64,000 nucleotides of DNA, from IMG/VR virus record IMGVR_UViG_3300045988_121186, positions 1 to 64,000 of that record; one strand, 5' to 3'. Below, one piece after another: positions 7,906-16,748 of the stretch. Numbering within the stretch: position 1 is the first letter of the stretch; every line of letters begins with the position of its first letter. The position numbers were made by a program, and so were the translations under genes. Source of the DNA: a virus. The notes below the pieces were generated by a model, which worked only from the letters and a program-made list of their open reading frames with translations, was not told the origin of the DNA and made no database searches.

Positions 7906-8284
7906 AGTAGCTAAGATCCTAAAAGAAAAAGGATTTGTGGTATATAGAAAGGGCGGAAAGGAGCCGGGTGTATTTTACGCCAAAGAAGGTGAAAGCCGGA
8001 TAGGATTCGTTTATCCCAACAACGGATATATATATGATAGAATAAAAATGTGGTCTTTTTCAAGGATATATAAACCACATAAGAAAACCGGGTCTTCGTG
8101 TTTAATGAGCGTCAGCGACGAATTTACGATAGAGAATGCGATTAAGAACATAGAGGATAGACTGTGGGTAAATTATGTAAAAGACGGTAACAGAAAACGA
8201 CCAGAAGAATACAATAATATAAGAGAATTTGTTGGTAGCTTCACTAAATTCTACAACTCTGTAGAATTAGTTGAGGTTAAGTAG
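7874..8284 (+). CDS. hypothetical protein (136 aa)
   Basis: ORF; T7 tract and hairpin downstream (8300-8340). Confidence 0.5.
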   Translation: MKMNVEDKLDKVAKILKEKGFVVYRKGGKEPGVFYAKEGESRIGFVYPNNGYIYDRIKMWSFSRIYKPHKKTGSSCLMSVSDEFTIENAIKNIEDRLWVNYVKDGNRKRPEEYNNIREFVGSFTKFYNSVELVEVK

Positions 8285-8358
8285 TTTTCCATGTAAGTTA
8301 GTTACCGGCACTGGTCTGTGAAGATAGGTGTCGTTTTTTTTAAGAAAGGAGGATAAAG

Positions 8359-8610
8359 ATGGAGAAAAGAGACAAGGAAATGCCTTACGAGGTAATCATA
8401 CAGGAGAGAAACAAAGTGGATTTATACGGTAACGTAGTATATTATATATATTGGTTTGATAAATATGGGAACGATATTACAAACGAATGGAAATTCTGGA
8501 GCAAGGGTCCGAAAAAGAAATATGATAGAGTCAATCGCTATTTAACGGATAGTTGGCTAAAGGAATACTGTAAGAACAACAATTTAAAAATAAGTAGAAT
8601 AAAGGAATGA
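8359..8610 (+). CDS. hypothetical protein (83 aa)
   Basis: ORF with Shine-Dalgarno aaaggagg upstream. Confidence 0.5.
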   Translation: MEKRDKEMPYEVIIQERNKVDLYGNVVYYIYWFDKYGNDITNEWKFWSKGPKKKYDRVNRYLTDSWLKEYCKNNNLKISRIKE

Positions 8611-8697
8611 AGCCGGGAAAGCATGCTATGATAACAAACGAGTATGGTGTCTTGGATATTATAAAAGAAAAATTTGACAACATAAATATAATGGAAT

Positions 8698-9066
8698 ATG
8701 GATCTAAATAAATTGTATAAAGAAATAGAAGAAGCGGAGGTCAATCTGAATGCAAAAAGATTAAAGTACATCAAAGAAGCATTAACGGAGAACGGTGGAA
8801 GCGTAAAGCTAAAATTTAAAGAGTTTAAAGAATGGCAAGAAGCTAATAACGTGTTTGACTTTGATGATCAGTTTCCAGTGATAATAGAAATTGATGGAAA
8901 TTCTATGTATTTAACGGAAGTGTATGTCAAAAAAAACGATTTTCGTGTAGTCATGCTGGATTATACTGATATGACTTTTTATGATTATAGCAATCCAGGG
9001 GAAAATGAACAGGTTGCTTATTTTATTAACTATTGCTTAAATCAAGACAAAGATGGGAAAGAGTAG
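8698..9066 (+). CDS. hypothetical protein (122 aa)
   Basis: ORF. Confidence 0.5.
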   Translation: MDLNKLYKEIEEAEVNLNAKRLKYIKEALTENGGSVKLKFKEFKEWQEANNVFDFDDQFPVIIEIDGNSMYLTEVYVKKNDFRVVMLDYTDMTFYDYSNPGENEQVAYFINYCLNQDKDGKE

Positions 9067-9241
9067 AAAAGATTATGAGAAGTATCTTAACTCAATATCT
9101 CCAGATAGAGACGATGAGGCATGGATCATTGGAGGAAAGAACAGGTATTGCGGTAGAGAGAATTATGGCACTATGATCAAAAGGTATGATCCTATTGGTT
9201 TTAACGTGGGATACAGGGAGTGGGTGGAACAGCCAGAGTAA
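9053..9241 (+). CDS. hypothetical protein (62 aa)
   Basis: ORF; GC-rich hairpin downstream at 9262-9288. Confidence 0.4.
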   Translation: MGKSRKDYEKYLNSISPDRDDEAWIIGGKNRYCGRENYGTMIKRYDPIGFNVGYREWVEQPE

Positions 9242-9355
9242 GGCGGAGCCCGCCCTGGCATGAGGTCAGCCTGGCTGTTTGTGGCCAGGCCCATATATTA
9301 ATCAGATAGTGAACAGCGAAAACAATATAAATATGAAAAATAAGTTAAATGCTTT

Positions 9356-9826
9356 ATGAATGGAATAATATTTGAATTAGAAGAAAAGTCAAAATATACA
9401 GGGAGATACATGGATGAGGAAATCTCCTATAATGACACATCTATAGATTACATGGAAGAAATACAAGAATGTGACAGAAATAGAGAGATTAAGGATTTAC
9501 TAAATGACCCTTGTCTTGGTAAAATATTTGACAAGGGGGAGATTGATGATGAAATTGTCTACAATGGTAACGTAGAGGATATAAAAGTAGACTGGATACG
9601 TGCTATACAAAATGAGGTAGATAAAATGAATGCTGACAAAAGTATGACTAAACATAATATTATTAATGCAGTAAAATATGGGATTTGTGGATACCCATAT
9701 CGTTTTTACATTGATTCATATTCGGGATATATTGTAGAATACCCAATAACACTAATAGAATGGGTTCAAGGTTTAAAGCCTGGAACAGTCATTAAAATAG
9801 GAAACGTATTCAGTTATCATTATTAA
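9356..9826 (+). CDS. hypothetical protein (156 aa)
   Basis: ORF. Confidence 0.5.
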   Translation: MNGIIFELEEKSKYTGRYMDEEISYNDTSIDYMEEIQECDRNREIKDLLNDPCLGKIFDKGEIDDEIVYNGNVEDIKVDWIRAIQNEVDKMNADKSMTKHNIINAVKYGICGYPYRFYIDSYSGYIVEYPITLIEWVQGLKPGTVIKIGNVFSYHY

Positions 9827-9837
9827 CAATATGCCTT

Positions 9838-10230
9838 ATGAAAACACAAGAAGAATATGCCCGTGAGATTGATGAGATTGTTCTCCGGGATGTAGAAAGT
9901 TGCCAGAGTGATTGGTTTAAGATTGATAAGGAAATATTTATGCTTCCTGAAAACAAGAACAAGATATTTATTTTGGGAACCAGAAAGACCGGATGCGATT
10001 TAATTATGCTGGGTGGTACTAATTGTAATGAAATTACAATGGATAGAGTTTTTGGATGTCTTGGTAATGAGAAATTCTATGTTTGCCAACCAATATCTTT
10101 TTATAAAACACAACAAAATATCCAGGAAAGACCTGCCTTGTACGTTTTTAAAATAGCGACCGCATATTTCAGAGAGCAGGGTTTGGTCCCTGTATTTGAA
10201 GATTGTCATTGTAAACTAATGAAGTTATGA
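9838..10230 (+). CDS. hypothetical protein (130 aa)
   Basis: ORF. Confidence 0.5.
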   Translation: MKTQEEYAREIDEIVLRDVESCQSDWFKIDKEIFMLPENKNKIFILGTRKTGCDLIMLGGTNCNEITMDRVFGCLGNEKFYVCQPISFYKTQQNIQERPALYVFKIATAYFREQGLVPVFEDCHCKLMKL

Positions 10231-10463
10231 GTATAGAGATAATAAAATACAGGCTTCCGGCTTATTGGGCTTGTGCTCTGATAAATGGTGATTATACTGG
10301 TTTATCGGATGAAGAAGAAAAGGAAATTAATAATTTCTTGAAACAAGCAGAAGGATATCCCGTAGATGTAGACTGGGAAACAGAAGGATTTTATCGGTGC
10401 AATGACGCTAATAATATAGCGGGAAATTGTGCCGATTTTATTTTTCACAAGTATAATGATTAA
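10227..10463 (+). CDS. hypothetical protein (78 aa)
   Basis: ORF; 4-nt overlap. Confidence 0.45.
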   Translation: MSIEIIKYRLPAYWACALINGDYTGLSDEEEKEINNFLKQAEGYPVDVDWETEGFYRCNDANNIAGNCADFIFHKYND

Positions 10464-10474
10464 ACTAAAATAAT

Positions 10475-10951
10475 ATGGAAACTGCAAACAAACTAATTTA
10501 TTCAAGTACAAAATTCTTTACAGAAAACGGAAACGAATATAGAATACGAACCACAGTATCGTTGAACGACGATTGTCATAACAATATATGCGACTGGAGT
10601 ATAATAGCCGATATTAGATGGAAAAACAAATATGGAATATACGAAGAATACTTGAGTGGTTGCTATCACGATGTGATTATAAAACACTGCCCGGAATTAG
10701 CTAAATTCATACCGTTGCATTGTTGTAATCATTATGGTGCTCCTCTGTATCCGGTAGAAAATGGAATATATCACGTTAAAAGAAGTGGTATGTCTGTGGC
10801 AATGAAGTATTTGCGTATATCAGAACAAGAATGCATAGAATTATATAAAGCCTATGAAGATAAGGTGTATTTCAAGTATATGCTTTTCAATCTTGGAATA
10901 AGGTCTTCCATAATGGCGGTCAGTTCCAGCACGATTTGGCACTGGATGTAA
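10475..10951 (+). CDS. hypothetical Cys/His-containing protein (158 aa)
   Basis: ORF. Confidence 0.5.
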   Translation: METANKLIYSSTKFFTENGNEYRIRTTVSLNDDCHNNICDWSIIADIRWKNKYGIYEEYLSGCYHDVIIKHCPELAKFIPLHCCNHYGAPLYPVENGIYHVKRSGMSVAMKYLRISEQECIELYKAYEDKVYFKYMLFNLGIRSSIMAVSSSTIWHWM

Positions 10952-11051
10952 CCGGTCACAGATGGGCGTTCAATCGTTATGAAAACGATATGCTGACTGC
11001 TGGATGTCATCGTATTGCGTATAGCGAGATGGAAAGTATTGCAAAACAACT

Positions 11052-11083
11052 GGGATGGGCGTAAGTAACCCATCCTATTTTAT
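11052..11083 (+). terminator. rho-independent terminator (ggatggg ... cccatcc + tattttat)
   Basis: 7-bp stem plus T-rich tail. Confidence 0.6.
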
Positions 11084-11104
11084 AACAATTAAAAACGAAA
11101 AGAT

Positions 11105-11197
11105 ATGGAAAATCCAATTGAAAGATTGGATTTGGATGCTGGTGATGCCACATGGCTTCACCAGTCCTGCTGCTGCAACCACTGCGTCAACCATTAG
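11105..11197 (+). CDS. possible 30-aa Cys-rich peptide (MENPIERLDLDAGDATWLHQSCCCNHCVNH) inside a GC-rich patch
   Basis: ATG 10 nt after the partial AACAATTAAAA motif. Speculative. Confidence 0.2.
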   Translation: MENPIERLDLDAGDATWLHQSCCCNHCVNH

Positions 11198-11316
11198 GGG
11201 ATCGACTTATGCGAGTGCGGGTCCGGCGAAAGAGTTGGCGAATGTGGCTCTAACCGACCACATGATATATTAGGAATCAAATACGATTCATTTGGAACAA
11301 TATTGAAAAACTTTGG

Positions 11317-11796
11317 GTGATGAACATGGTAAGTAAATACACCGCTCTATTAGGACAAAAGAAACTGAAAGAATCATTTGTGAAAGACTTGGAACTTGCA
11401 TTATCAAGGGATGGTCTTATTATGAAGCCTGGGAAGCTCAATTTTATAAGTTATTCAGAACTGAAGGATTGGAGCGTTAGAGAATTGATCGGGGAAGATC
11501 TGAAGTCAGAAGACCGAGCTTTAATAAACAAAGTGTATCACATGTTATTCGAGATACATAGCGACTTTGAATCAGTTATAAGAATGCTATATAGCTTTCG
11601 TAACGGACCTAAATCAGGCTTAAAAGTCGCAGATCCGGATGATAATTATAAATGGACTAATAAAGATGGAAATGAAAAATATTCTACCAAAAATCTACCA
11701 AAGGCGCATTTTAGATGGGATTGGAGAAGATATACCTTGTCAAAGGAATCTGTTGATAAAATAACGGAGTTTGTAGACACTATATTAAAATCATAA
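11317..11796 (+). CDS. hypothetical protein (159 aa)
   Basis: ORF. Confidence 0.5.
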   Translation: MMNMVSKYTALLGQKKLKESFVKDLELALSRDGLIMKPGKLNFISYSELKDWSVRELIGEDLKSEDRALINKVYHMLFEIHSDFESVIRMLYSFRNGPKSGLKVADPDDNYKWTNKDGNEKYSTKNLPKAHFRWDWRRYTLSKESVDKITEFVDTILKS

Positions 11797-11800
11797 AAAT

Positions 11801-12055
11801 ATGTATGAGAATATTTTAAGTAACATGTTGGGATGTCAGACATATTGTATATCAGACAGTCCTTCGAATAGATACTGTCTTATTGGACCTATTGAGTGCA
11901 ATGAGAAGTTAATAGAAGTGTTTAAGAAGGGGATAATAGTAAAACTCAAACACGTGGAAAAACGGGTCCTGGATACATTTACGAATAATGGAATTGATCT
12001 GAGTAATTACACTCACTGTATTATTGTGAAGCGGGATTTTTATCTCGCCTGGTAA
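11801..12055 (+). CDS. hypothetical protein (84 aa)
   Basis: ORF. Confidence 0.4.
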   Translation: MYENILSNMLGCQTYCISDSPSNRYCLIGPIECNEKLIEVFKKGIIVKLKHVEKRVLDTFTNNGIDLSNYTHCIIVKRDFYLAW

Positions 12056-12073
12056 CAGAAAAACATAAATGAC

Positions 12074-12736
12074 ATGAACAATTTTGTAATAGATACTCCT
12101 GATAACTTCTGGCAAATAAGATGGCTTGACAAATACATGGAAGGTCATAAAGGATTTATAGCTGGTGGATGTTTTAAGAATATCCTTTTTGGAGAAAGAG
12201 TAAAAGACATTGATATTTTCTTTGAAAGCGAAAGCGATTTCCAGGAAGCTGTCGATTTGTTCAATGATAAAAAACACCAAAAAGAAGGATGGAAATTTAA
12301 GTACAAGAATGAGAAGGTCTGTGCGTTCCAGAAAGAGGGAGAAAAAGTATGGGTAGAGTTTATAGAGTCAGAGTTCGGTAAACCAGAAGAGATTCTTAGG
12401 AGCTTTGACTTTACTGTGGCAAAAATGGCTTACTATAAGGAGCCTAAATACGAAGAGAAGGAAGATGATTATTTTCCATTCTCATCTACTGATGTAGTAG
12501 GATACGAGTATAAACTTCTCTACCATGAGAAATTCTTCGAACATCTTCATATGAAGAGGCTGGTTATTGACGAAAATATTCCTTTCCCAGTGAGTACATG
12601 GGAAAGGTCATATAAGTATAAGGGATATGGTTACAACATGTGTAGGGAGACAAAGAAAAAGCTTCTGCAAGCTCTTAAGGGTGTGAATATAGAAGAGGAA
12701 GACGTATCTTTGTATGTTGATGGAGGATGGGATTAA
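12074..12736 (+). CDS. Pol-beta-superfamily nucleotidyltransferase resembling the head domain of class II CCA-adding enzymes / poly(A) polymerases
   Basis: Motif A GFIAGGCFKNILFGERVKDIDIFF (GG-x10-DxD). Motif-B-like RSFDFTVAKMAY (compare RRDFTINAMAY). Confidence 0.5.
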   Translation: MNNFVIDTPDNFWQIRWLDKYMEGHKGFIAGGCFKNILFGERVKDIDIFFESESDFQEAVDLFNDKKHQKEGWKFKYKNEKVCAFQKEGEKVWVEFIESEFGKPEEILRSFDFTVAKMAYYKEPKYEEKEDDYFPFSSTDVVGYEYKLLYHEKFFEHLHMKRLVIDENIPFPVSTWERSYKYKGYGYNMCRETKKKLLQALKGVNIEEEDVSLYVDGGWD

Positions 12737-12756
12737 TTGAAAAATAATAGAATATT

Positions 12757-13593
12757 ATGAATGCAAGTAAAGAATACAAAATAATAAGAAACTTCATATT
12801 AAATGAGCTTCACATTACAAAAGAAGACATAATCAAAAACATAGAACCATTATTGAAAAAACTTGTAAAACAGTGTATGAATAATACATATGGGAATAAC
12901 AATCAAATAGAGTATTGGATCAGATGTATGGTTAACGACGAACTTAAACAAAGAGATTCTGATTTTGTAAGAAGAATATGTAAGGAGGTTATAAAAGATC
13001 ATGTGTCGAATGAGTTGAACATAATTGTAAGTCCCAAAAATGAAAGATGCGCATGTGAAAATAGAGTACCATCAAGAAAAGATGGTTTGTATCTAATCTA
13101 CGGAAACGGACACGCTGAGCCGTTTACTAGAGAGAATTTCAAAAAGAATGTGCGTTATATCGGATTAAAACACAAAGACGTATCGTTTGCTATCTCGCTG
13201 ACGGAGCATGATAGAGTACAATTGCTTGACGATGATAGCCGTAAAGAATCCGGAAGTGAGACGTATTACGAACGTGAATGTGATGCGCTGTTTGACATTA
13301 ATGGACGCGGCAATACGGAACGCCTTGTAGTCAGAAATCCAAAATTGAGAAATCTACTGAAAGATGGCGAATACATCCCTTCGTTGAGACAGCTCAATCT
13401 AATGGCGCATTACAAAGACAGTATAAACGATGCGCTTAAATACATAGGCGCAGAACCGTTAGCCTCGGAGTGGTTTTGGTCCAGTACTGAGAGCAGTCAG
13501 TACAACGCGTGGTACGTGTACTTCTTCATTGGCGACACGGGCAGCTACAGCAAGTACGGCAGTGGCAGGGTTCGGGCGGTAATTGATTTTTAA
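12757..13593 (+). CDS. protein with a C-terminal DUF1566-like (Lcl / Fib_succ_major-type) domain
   Basis: C-terminal EWFWSSTESSQYNAWYVYFFIGDTG...GRVRAVIDF matches the YWSST...AW.V.F...VR.V signature. Confidence 0.45.
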   Translation: MNASKEYKIIRNFILNELHITKEDIIKNIEPLLKKLVKQCMNNTYGNNNQIEYWIRCMVNDELKQRDSDFVRRICKEVIKDHVSNELNIIVSPKNERCACENRVPSRKDGLYLIYGNGHAEPFTRENFKKNVRYIGLKHKDVSFAISLTEHDRVQLLDDDSRKESGSETYYERECDALFDINGRGNTERLVVRNPKLRNLLKDGEYIPSLRQLNLMAHYKDSINDALKYIGAEPLASEWFWSSTESSQYNAWYVYFFIGDTGSYSKYGSGRVRAVIDF

Positions 13594-13605
13594 AAAGGAT
13601 TACAT

Positions 13606-14403
13606 ATGATAACATCAGTAAAAATAAAAGACAACACAAAAACTCCATTTGAATATGTTTCTGACATAGAGGCGTTTGAAAATGGCAGAGAATTTATTTT
13701 CAAGCCAGGAGTGAATGTGATTATAGGGAAAAACGGTAGTGGAAAATCAACTTTACTTAACATCATATCAATGTATGCGTTATGTGATAAGTCCATGTGC
13801 TCTGAAATGCCGGATGAGGCGCTGGATTTTCCACCTATATTTGATGATGATGACAAGGTTCTTGATGGGATTGATATATCATCCGATTATATAGGGAAAG
13901 TATTCCGTTTATTGCCGTCAACGGAGACAAATCGAGATAGTGTATTAAAAAACATCAGCAATTTCGATTTGTATGCGAATAGTATTCAAAAATCTTATGG
14001 GGAAAAAGTGGTGTTATCACTGGAATCGCTTTTCAATTTAATGTTCAACCAAAAGGATTATGCGTTTCCAATGCAAGATCTTGCAGAATACAAGAAAAAA
14101 TCAAATGCGTTTTGGATTAAAAGAATTGACAACCTGTTGAAGTATTATAGAAGGAACTGCATAACATTAACAGAAAGCAGTTTTGAGTACACGGTTCTCA
14201 TGGATGAGCCAGACAGGAACCTTGACATTGACAACATAATGCAGATTCACAATGTATTGTCATTTCATAAACCACAAACACAAATTATAGCCATAATACA
14301 CAATCCGGCATTGATTTACAAATTAAGTAAATTAGATTGTGTGAATTTCATAGAGATGACAGAAGGGTATCTTAATAAAACTTGTACATTTGTGTCTAAC
14401 TAA
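13606..14403 (+). CDS. minimal ABC-type / AAA_21-like ATPase (265 aa)
   Basis: Walker A IIGKNGSGKSTLLN, signature-like SYGEK, Walker B VLMDEPDRNLD, H-loop IIAIIHNP. N-terminus IKDN...IEAFENGREFIFKPGVNVIIG is typical of OLD/SMC-type ATPase heads. Confidence 0.6.
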   Translation: MITSVKIKDNTKTPFEYVSDIEAFENGREFIFKPGVNVIIGKNGSGKSTLLNIISMYALCDKSMCSEMPDEALDFPPIFDDDDKVLDGIDISSDYIGKVFRLLPSTETNRDSVLKNISNFDLYANSIQKSYGEKVVLSLESLFNLMFNQKDYAFPMQDLAEYKKKSNAFWIKRIDNLLKYYRRNCITLTESSFEYTVLMDEPDRNLDIDNIMQIHNVLSFHKPQTQIIAIIHNPALIYKLSKLDCVNFIEMTEGYLNKTCTFVSN

Positions 14404-14413
14404 TTAAAGGTGA

Positions 14414-14533
14414 GATGAACTGGAAGAAATTCAAAGAGGAAAAACCTCCAGAGGGAGAAGAAGTGTTGGCCTATCACCCAAGTTGGATAGATGAAGATTT
14501 CAACCCAAGAGGTTTGACATACTCCCATAGCTA
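14414..14533 (+). pseudogene. 5' fragment of a DUF551-like gene (MNWKKFKEEKPPEGEEVLAYHPSWIDEDFNPRG), apparently interrupted by the IS element
   Basis: KPPEGEEVL motif typical of DUF551. The reading frame runs into the IS end TTGACATACTCCCA at 14514 and stops after 6 codons. Confidence 0.4.
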
Positions 14534-14700
14534 AAGCAAATGGGATTCTTGGATACAAACGTATGGAACCCCGGTATTTCTACCGCTGGAATTACCCATA
14601 CTCTCCAATTCGGAAATGCCCTTCCGAAGTATATTACGGGCTGCAAGAACATCACGGTCGTTGACCGCGCCGCACGACGGGCATACCCACGTGCGGTCGC
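14514..14700 (-). ncRNA. candidate omega-RNA / right-end RNA of TnpB no.1 (overlaps the tnpB 3' end)
   Basis: Established architecture of TnpB loci. This segment is the part conserved in the orphan copy at 4957-5085. Confidence 0.35.
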
Positions 14701-15670
14701 GTAACGACAGACCTTTATTAATGCAGCCACATTCACAAGTTTTGGAAGAAGGATACCATTTATCAATCTTGTGTATAGTCACTCCATACTTTGAAGCAAC
14801 ATACATTAGTTTATCAATAAAAGAGGAATGACTGAGATCAGAAACTTTCTTTCCCCACAAACGTTTCATTCCTTCAATGTTTAGATCTTCAATAAAAATA
14901 TAATCATATTGTTTACACAAATCATGAGCTAATTTCCATTGAAAGTCTGATCGAAGATTGTTTATTTTACGATACGCTTGTTGTAGTTCAAACAGTCTCC
15001 TTCTTCTATTGTTGGATCCTTTCTTTGCATTAGAAAGCCGTTTGTTTAGTTTTCTAATCTTGTTTTGATATTGTTTGAGGAATAATGGAGAATCGATTTT
15101 GCTACCATCACTTTTAGTTAGATAAGTTTTCAGGCCAAAATCCAATCCGATAGATGCACCATCATGTGTCTTTCTATAAGAGTTTGAAGGATTATGATCT
15201 GTAACTATAATCAAACTAAAGCGGGAACAGGTTTCTCTAACTATTCTAATTTGTTTAACATTACCTTCGTAGACTCTACTGTATGAAAATCTAAATCGTT
15301 TCTTCCCTTTGTTAATTGTTAAACAATTACCATTCAGGGTAAAACCACCTTGTTTGAAAACAAAAGAATTGAATTTCTCCGGTGATTTAAACTTAGGAGG
15401 TCGTTTAGCTAACTTCTTAAAGAAACGATTATAAGATTCATCAAGACGTTCAAGTATTTCTTGTGTTGTTTGAGAATGAAGAAGATTTCTTTTAATTCTT
15501 TTGGTAAAATGTTTCTTCATTTTATCAACTGAGATATATTTTCCAAACAGTTTGTAATACCTACGTTGTAGAGCTAAAGCATGATTCCACACAAAACAAC
15601 ATTCACGAAGTATCTTGACAAGATACTTCGTTTTCTTCGAATGATAGATGTTGTATTTGTATGAAATCAT
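14531..15670 (-). CDS. tnpB: TnpB (IS605 OrfB family RuvC-like RNA-guided nuclease), 379 aa from ATG MISYKY (the track start at 15703 is a TTG)
   Basis: N-terminus YKYNIYHSKK...VWN; RuvC-I GLDFGLK; RuvC-II FIEDLNI; zinc finger CECGC...CPSCG; RuvC-III DRDVLAARNIL. Confidence 0.85.
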   Translation of the reverse strand: MISYKYNIYHSKKTKYLVKILRECCFVWNHALALQRRYYKLFGKYISVDKMKKHFTKRIKRNLLHSQTTQEILERLDESYNRFFKKLAKRPPKFKSPEKFNSFVFKQGGFTLNGNCLTINKGKKRFRFSYSRVYEGNVKQIRIVRETCSRFSLIIVTDHNPSNSYRKTHDGASIGLDFGLKTYLTKSDGSKIDSPLFLKQYQNKIRKLNKRLSNAKKGSNNRRRRLFELQQAYRKINNLRSDFQWKLAHDLCKQYDYIFIEDLNIEGMKRLWGKKVSDLSHSSFIDKLMYVASKYGVTIHKIDKWYPSSKTCECGCINKGLSLRDRTWVCPSCGAVNDRDVLAARNILRKGISELESMGNSSGRNTGVPYVCIQESHLL

Positions 15671-16160
15671 TTTTATCTGTAATTTTGATTCAAAATTAAT
15701 CAAACCAATTCATCCACCTTCTAAAGTATGGTGGTTTTGTTGGTTAAATAATAATAAAACAAAATCACTTATAACAATGAGCTATTTTATATTAATGGGA
15801 AGAAGAATCCCAAAACAAGCCGTAACAGGCTTCAAGTTTCAAAATGAAACAGATAACATTCGTCCTTTCCTGTCAATCAGGATAAGAGGGAAGGAGGAAA
15901 TTATACCCCTTAAAGATAAAAGAGAAATACTGTCCGTGAAAGCACATCTGTGCTCTGTCTTCTCCGGGTTTGTGGAAATAGGCGACTGGTATCTCAAGAT
16001 GTCGGAAGTTAAGGAATATAAGCCGGTGACTGCCGAAGACATGAACCCCTACATCTTGTTTAAGACATCTAAGTTCGGAAATATAAAAGTTCGTTTTCCG
16101 AAAGATGAAGATATGAATGCGGAATTGTTGGTGCTAGATCAACTTTTTGACGTAGAATGA
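15648..16160 (+). CDS. hypothetical protein (up to 170 aa); possibly the 3' continuation of the interrupted DUF551-like gene (in-frame if the IS spans 14514-15698)
   Basis: The frame of ...NPRG joins in-frame to IKPIHPPSKVWW... after removal of 14514-15698. Confidence 0.4.
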   Translation: MLYLYEIIFICNFDSKLIKPIHPPSKVWWFCWLNNNKTKSLITMSYFILMGRRIPKQAVTGFKFQNETDNIRPFLSIRIRGKEEIIPLKDKREILSVKAHLCSVFSGFVEIGDWYLKMSEVKEYKPVTAEDMNPYILFKTSKFGNIKVRFPKDEDMNAELLVLDQLFDVE

Positions 16161-16166
16161 ATTAGT

Positions 16167-16183
16167 AAGGTAATTATATACCT
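16167..16183. promoter_or_regulatory. 17-bp palindromic motif AAGGTAATTATATACCT in an intergenic position (second copy at 36612-36629)
   Basis: Perfect inverted repeat AGGTA-N-TACCT; duplicated about 20 kb apart. Confidence 0.4.
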
Positions 16184-16201
16184 AAAATAATATAAAGAGA
16201 T

Positions 16202-16465
16202 ATGAGCAAATACAGAACAAAAGCCGGAATAGAATGCACGGAAGAAGAATGCAAGCTAATTGATTCATTTAAGAGGCTTGCCAAAAAATGGAAGAAAGAT
16301 GGAAAACGATTGTGGATATATTCAGCAAGCGGAACATTACATGTAATGATGCATGGAGATACAAACTATAATCCTACACCGGAATTTACGCAATATGGAG
16401 GCAGTAACATTGAAAATAGTATAACCATCATTGATGGAATACCAAATGATGGCGGAGATTGGTAA
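16202..16465 (+). CDS. hypothetical protein (87 aa)
   Basis: ORF. Confidence 0.45.
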   Translation: MSKYRTKAGIECTEEECKLIDSFKRLAKKWKKDGKRLWIYSASGTLHVMMHGDTNYNPTPEFTQYGGSNIENSITIIDGIPNDGGDW

Positions 16466-16492
16466 TAATATTCATTTTTTAAAGTTAGAGTT

Positions 16493-16729
16493 ATGAAAAA
16501 AGATTTAACAGACAAAGAAAAAGAGGAAAGAATGAATTACCTTACCATCCATAAATGTAAAAACGAGGATGAACGTAAAGAGTTAAAAGAATTATGTGAT
16601 TGGTATTTTAAGGATACCCCTACGTTAACTATGTCTTTTTCTTTAACAGAAGAAGATCTTTCGGGTAACAATGGAAGGGGACGTGGAGTTGTCGGCGGTA
16701 GTCGGAGCTGTGAAGCGTCAACACCTTAA
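16493..16729 (+). CDS. hypothetical protein (78 aa)
   Basis: ORF. Confidence 0.4.
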   Translation: MKKDLTDKEKEERMNYLTIHKCKNEDERKELKELCDWYFKDTPTLTMSFSLTEEDLSGNNGRGRGVVGGSRSCEASTP

Positions 16730-16748
16730 GAAGAAAATTTGAAAGGTT

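Larger units (their letters stand above)
14514..15698 (-). mobile_element. IS200/IS605-family TnpB-only element (boundaries approximate; left end uncertain, 15690-15760)
   Basis: tnpB plus a duplicated right end (see 4957-5085). The minus-strand sequence adjacent to the presumed left end is TTGAT, a known IS200/605 target-adjacent motif. Confidence 0.55.

Noticed and set aside
11055-11273. 72-aa plus-strand ORF
   Set aside because: It starts inside a terminator hairpin and translates a GC-rich structured segment into an Ala/Thr/Ser-rich sequence. Likely non-coding or at most the 30-aa peptide.
14500-14831. ORFs 14500..14766(-) and 14616..14831(+) overlapping the tnpB 3' end
   Set aside because: Alternative frames of the GC-rich tnpB / omega-RNA region (Arg/Ala-rich translations); not independent genes.
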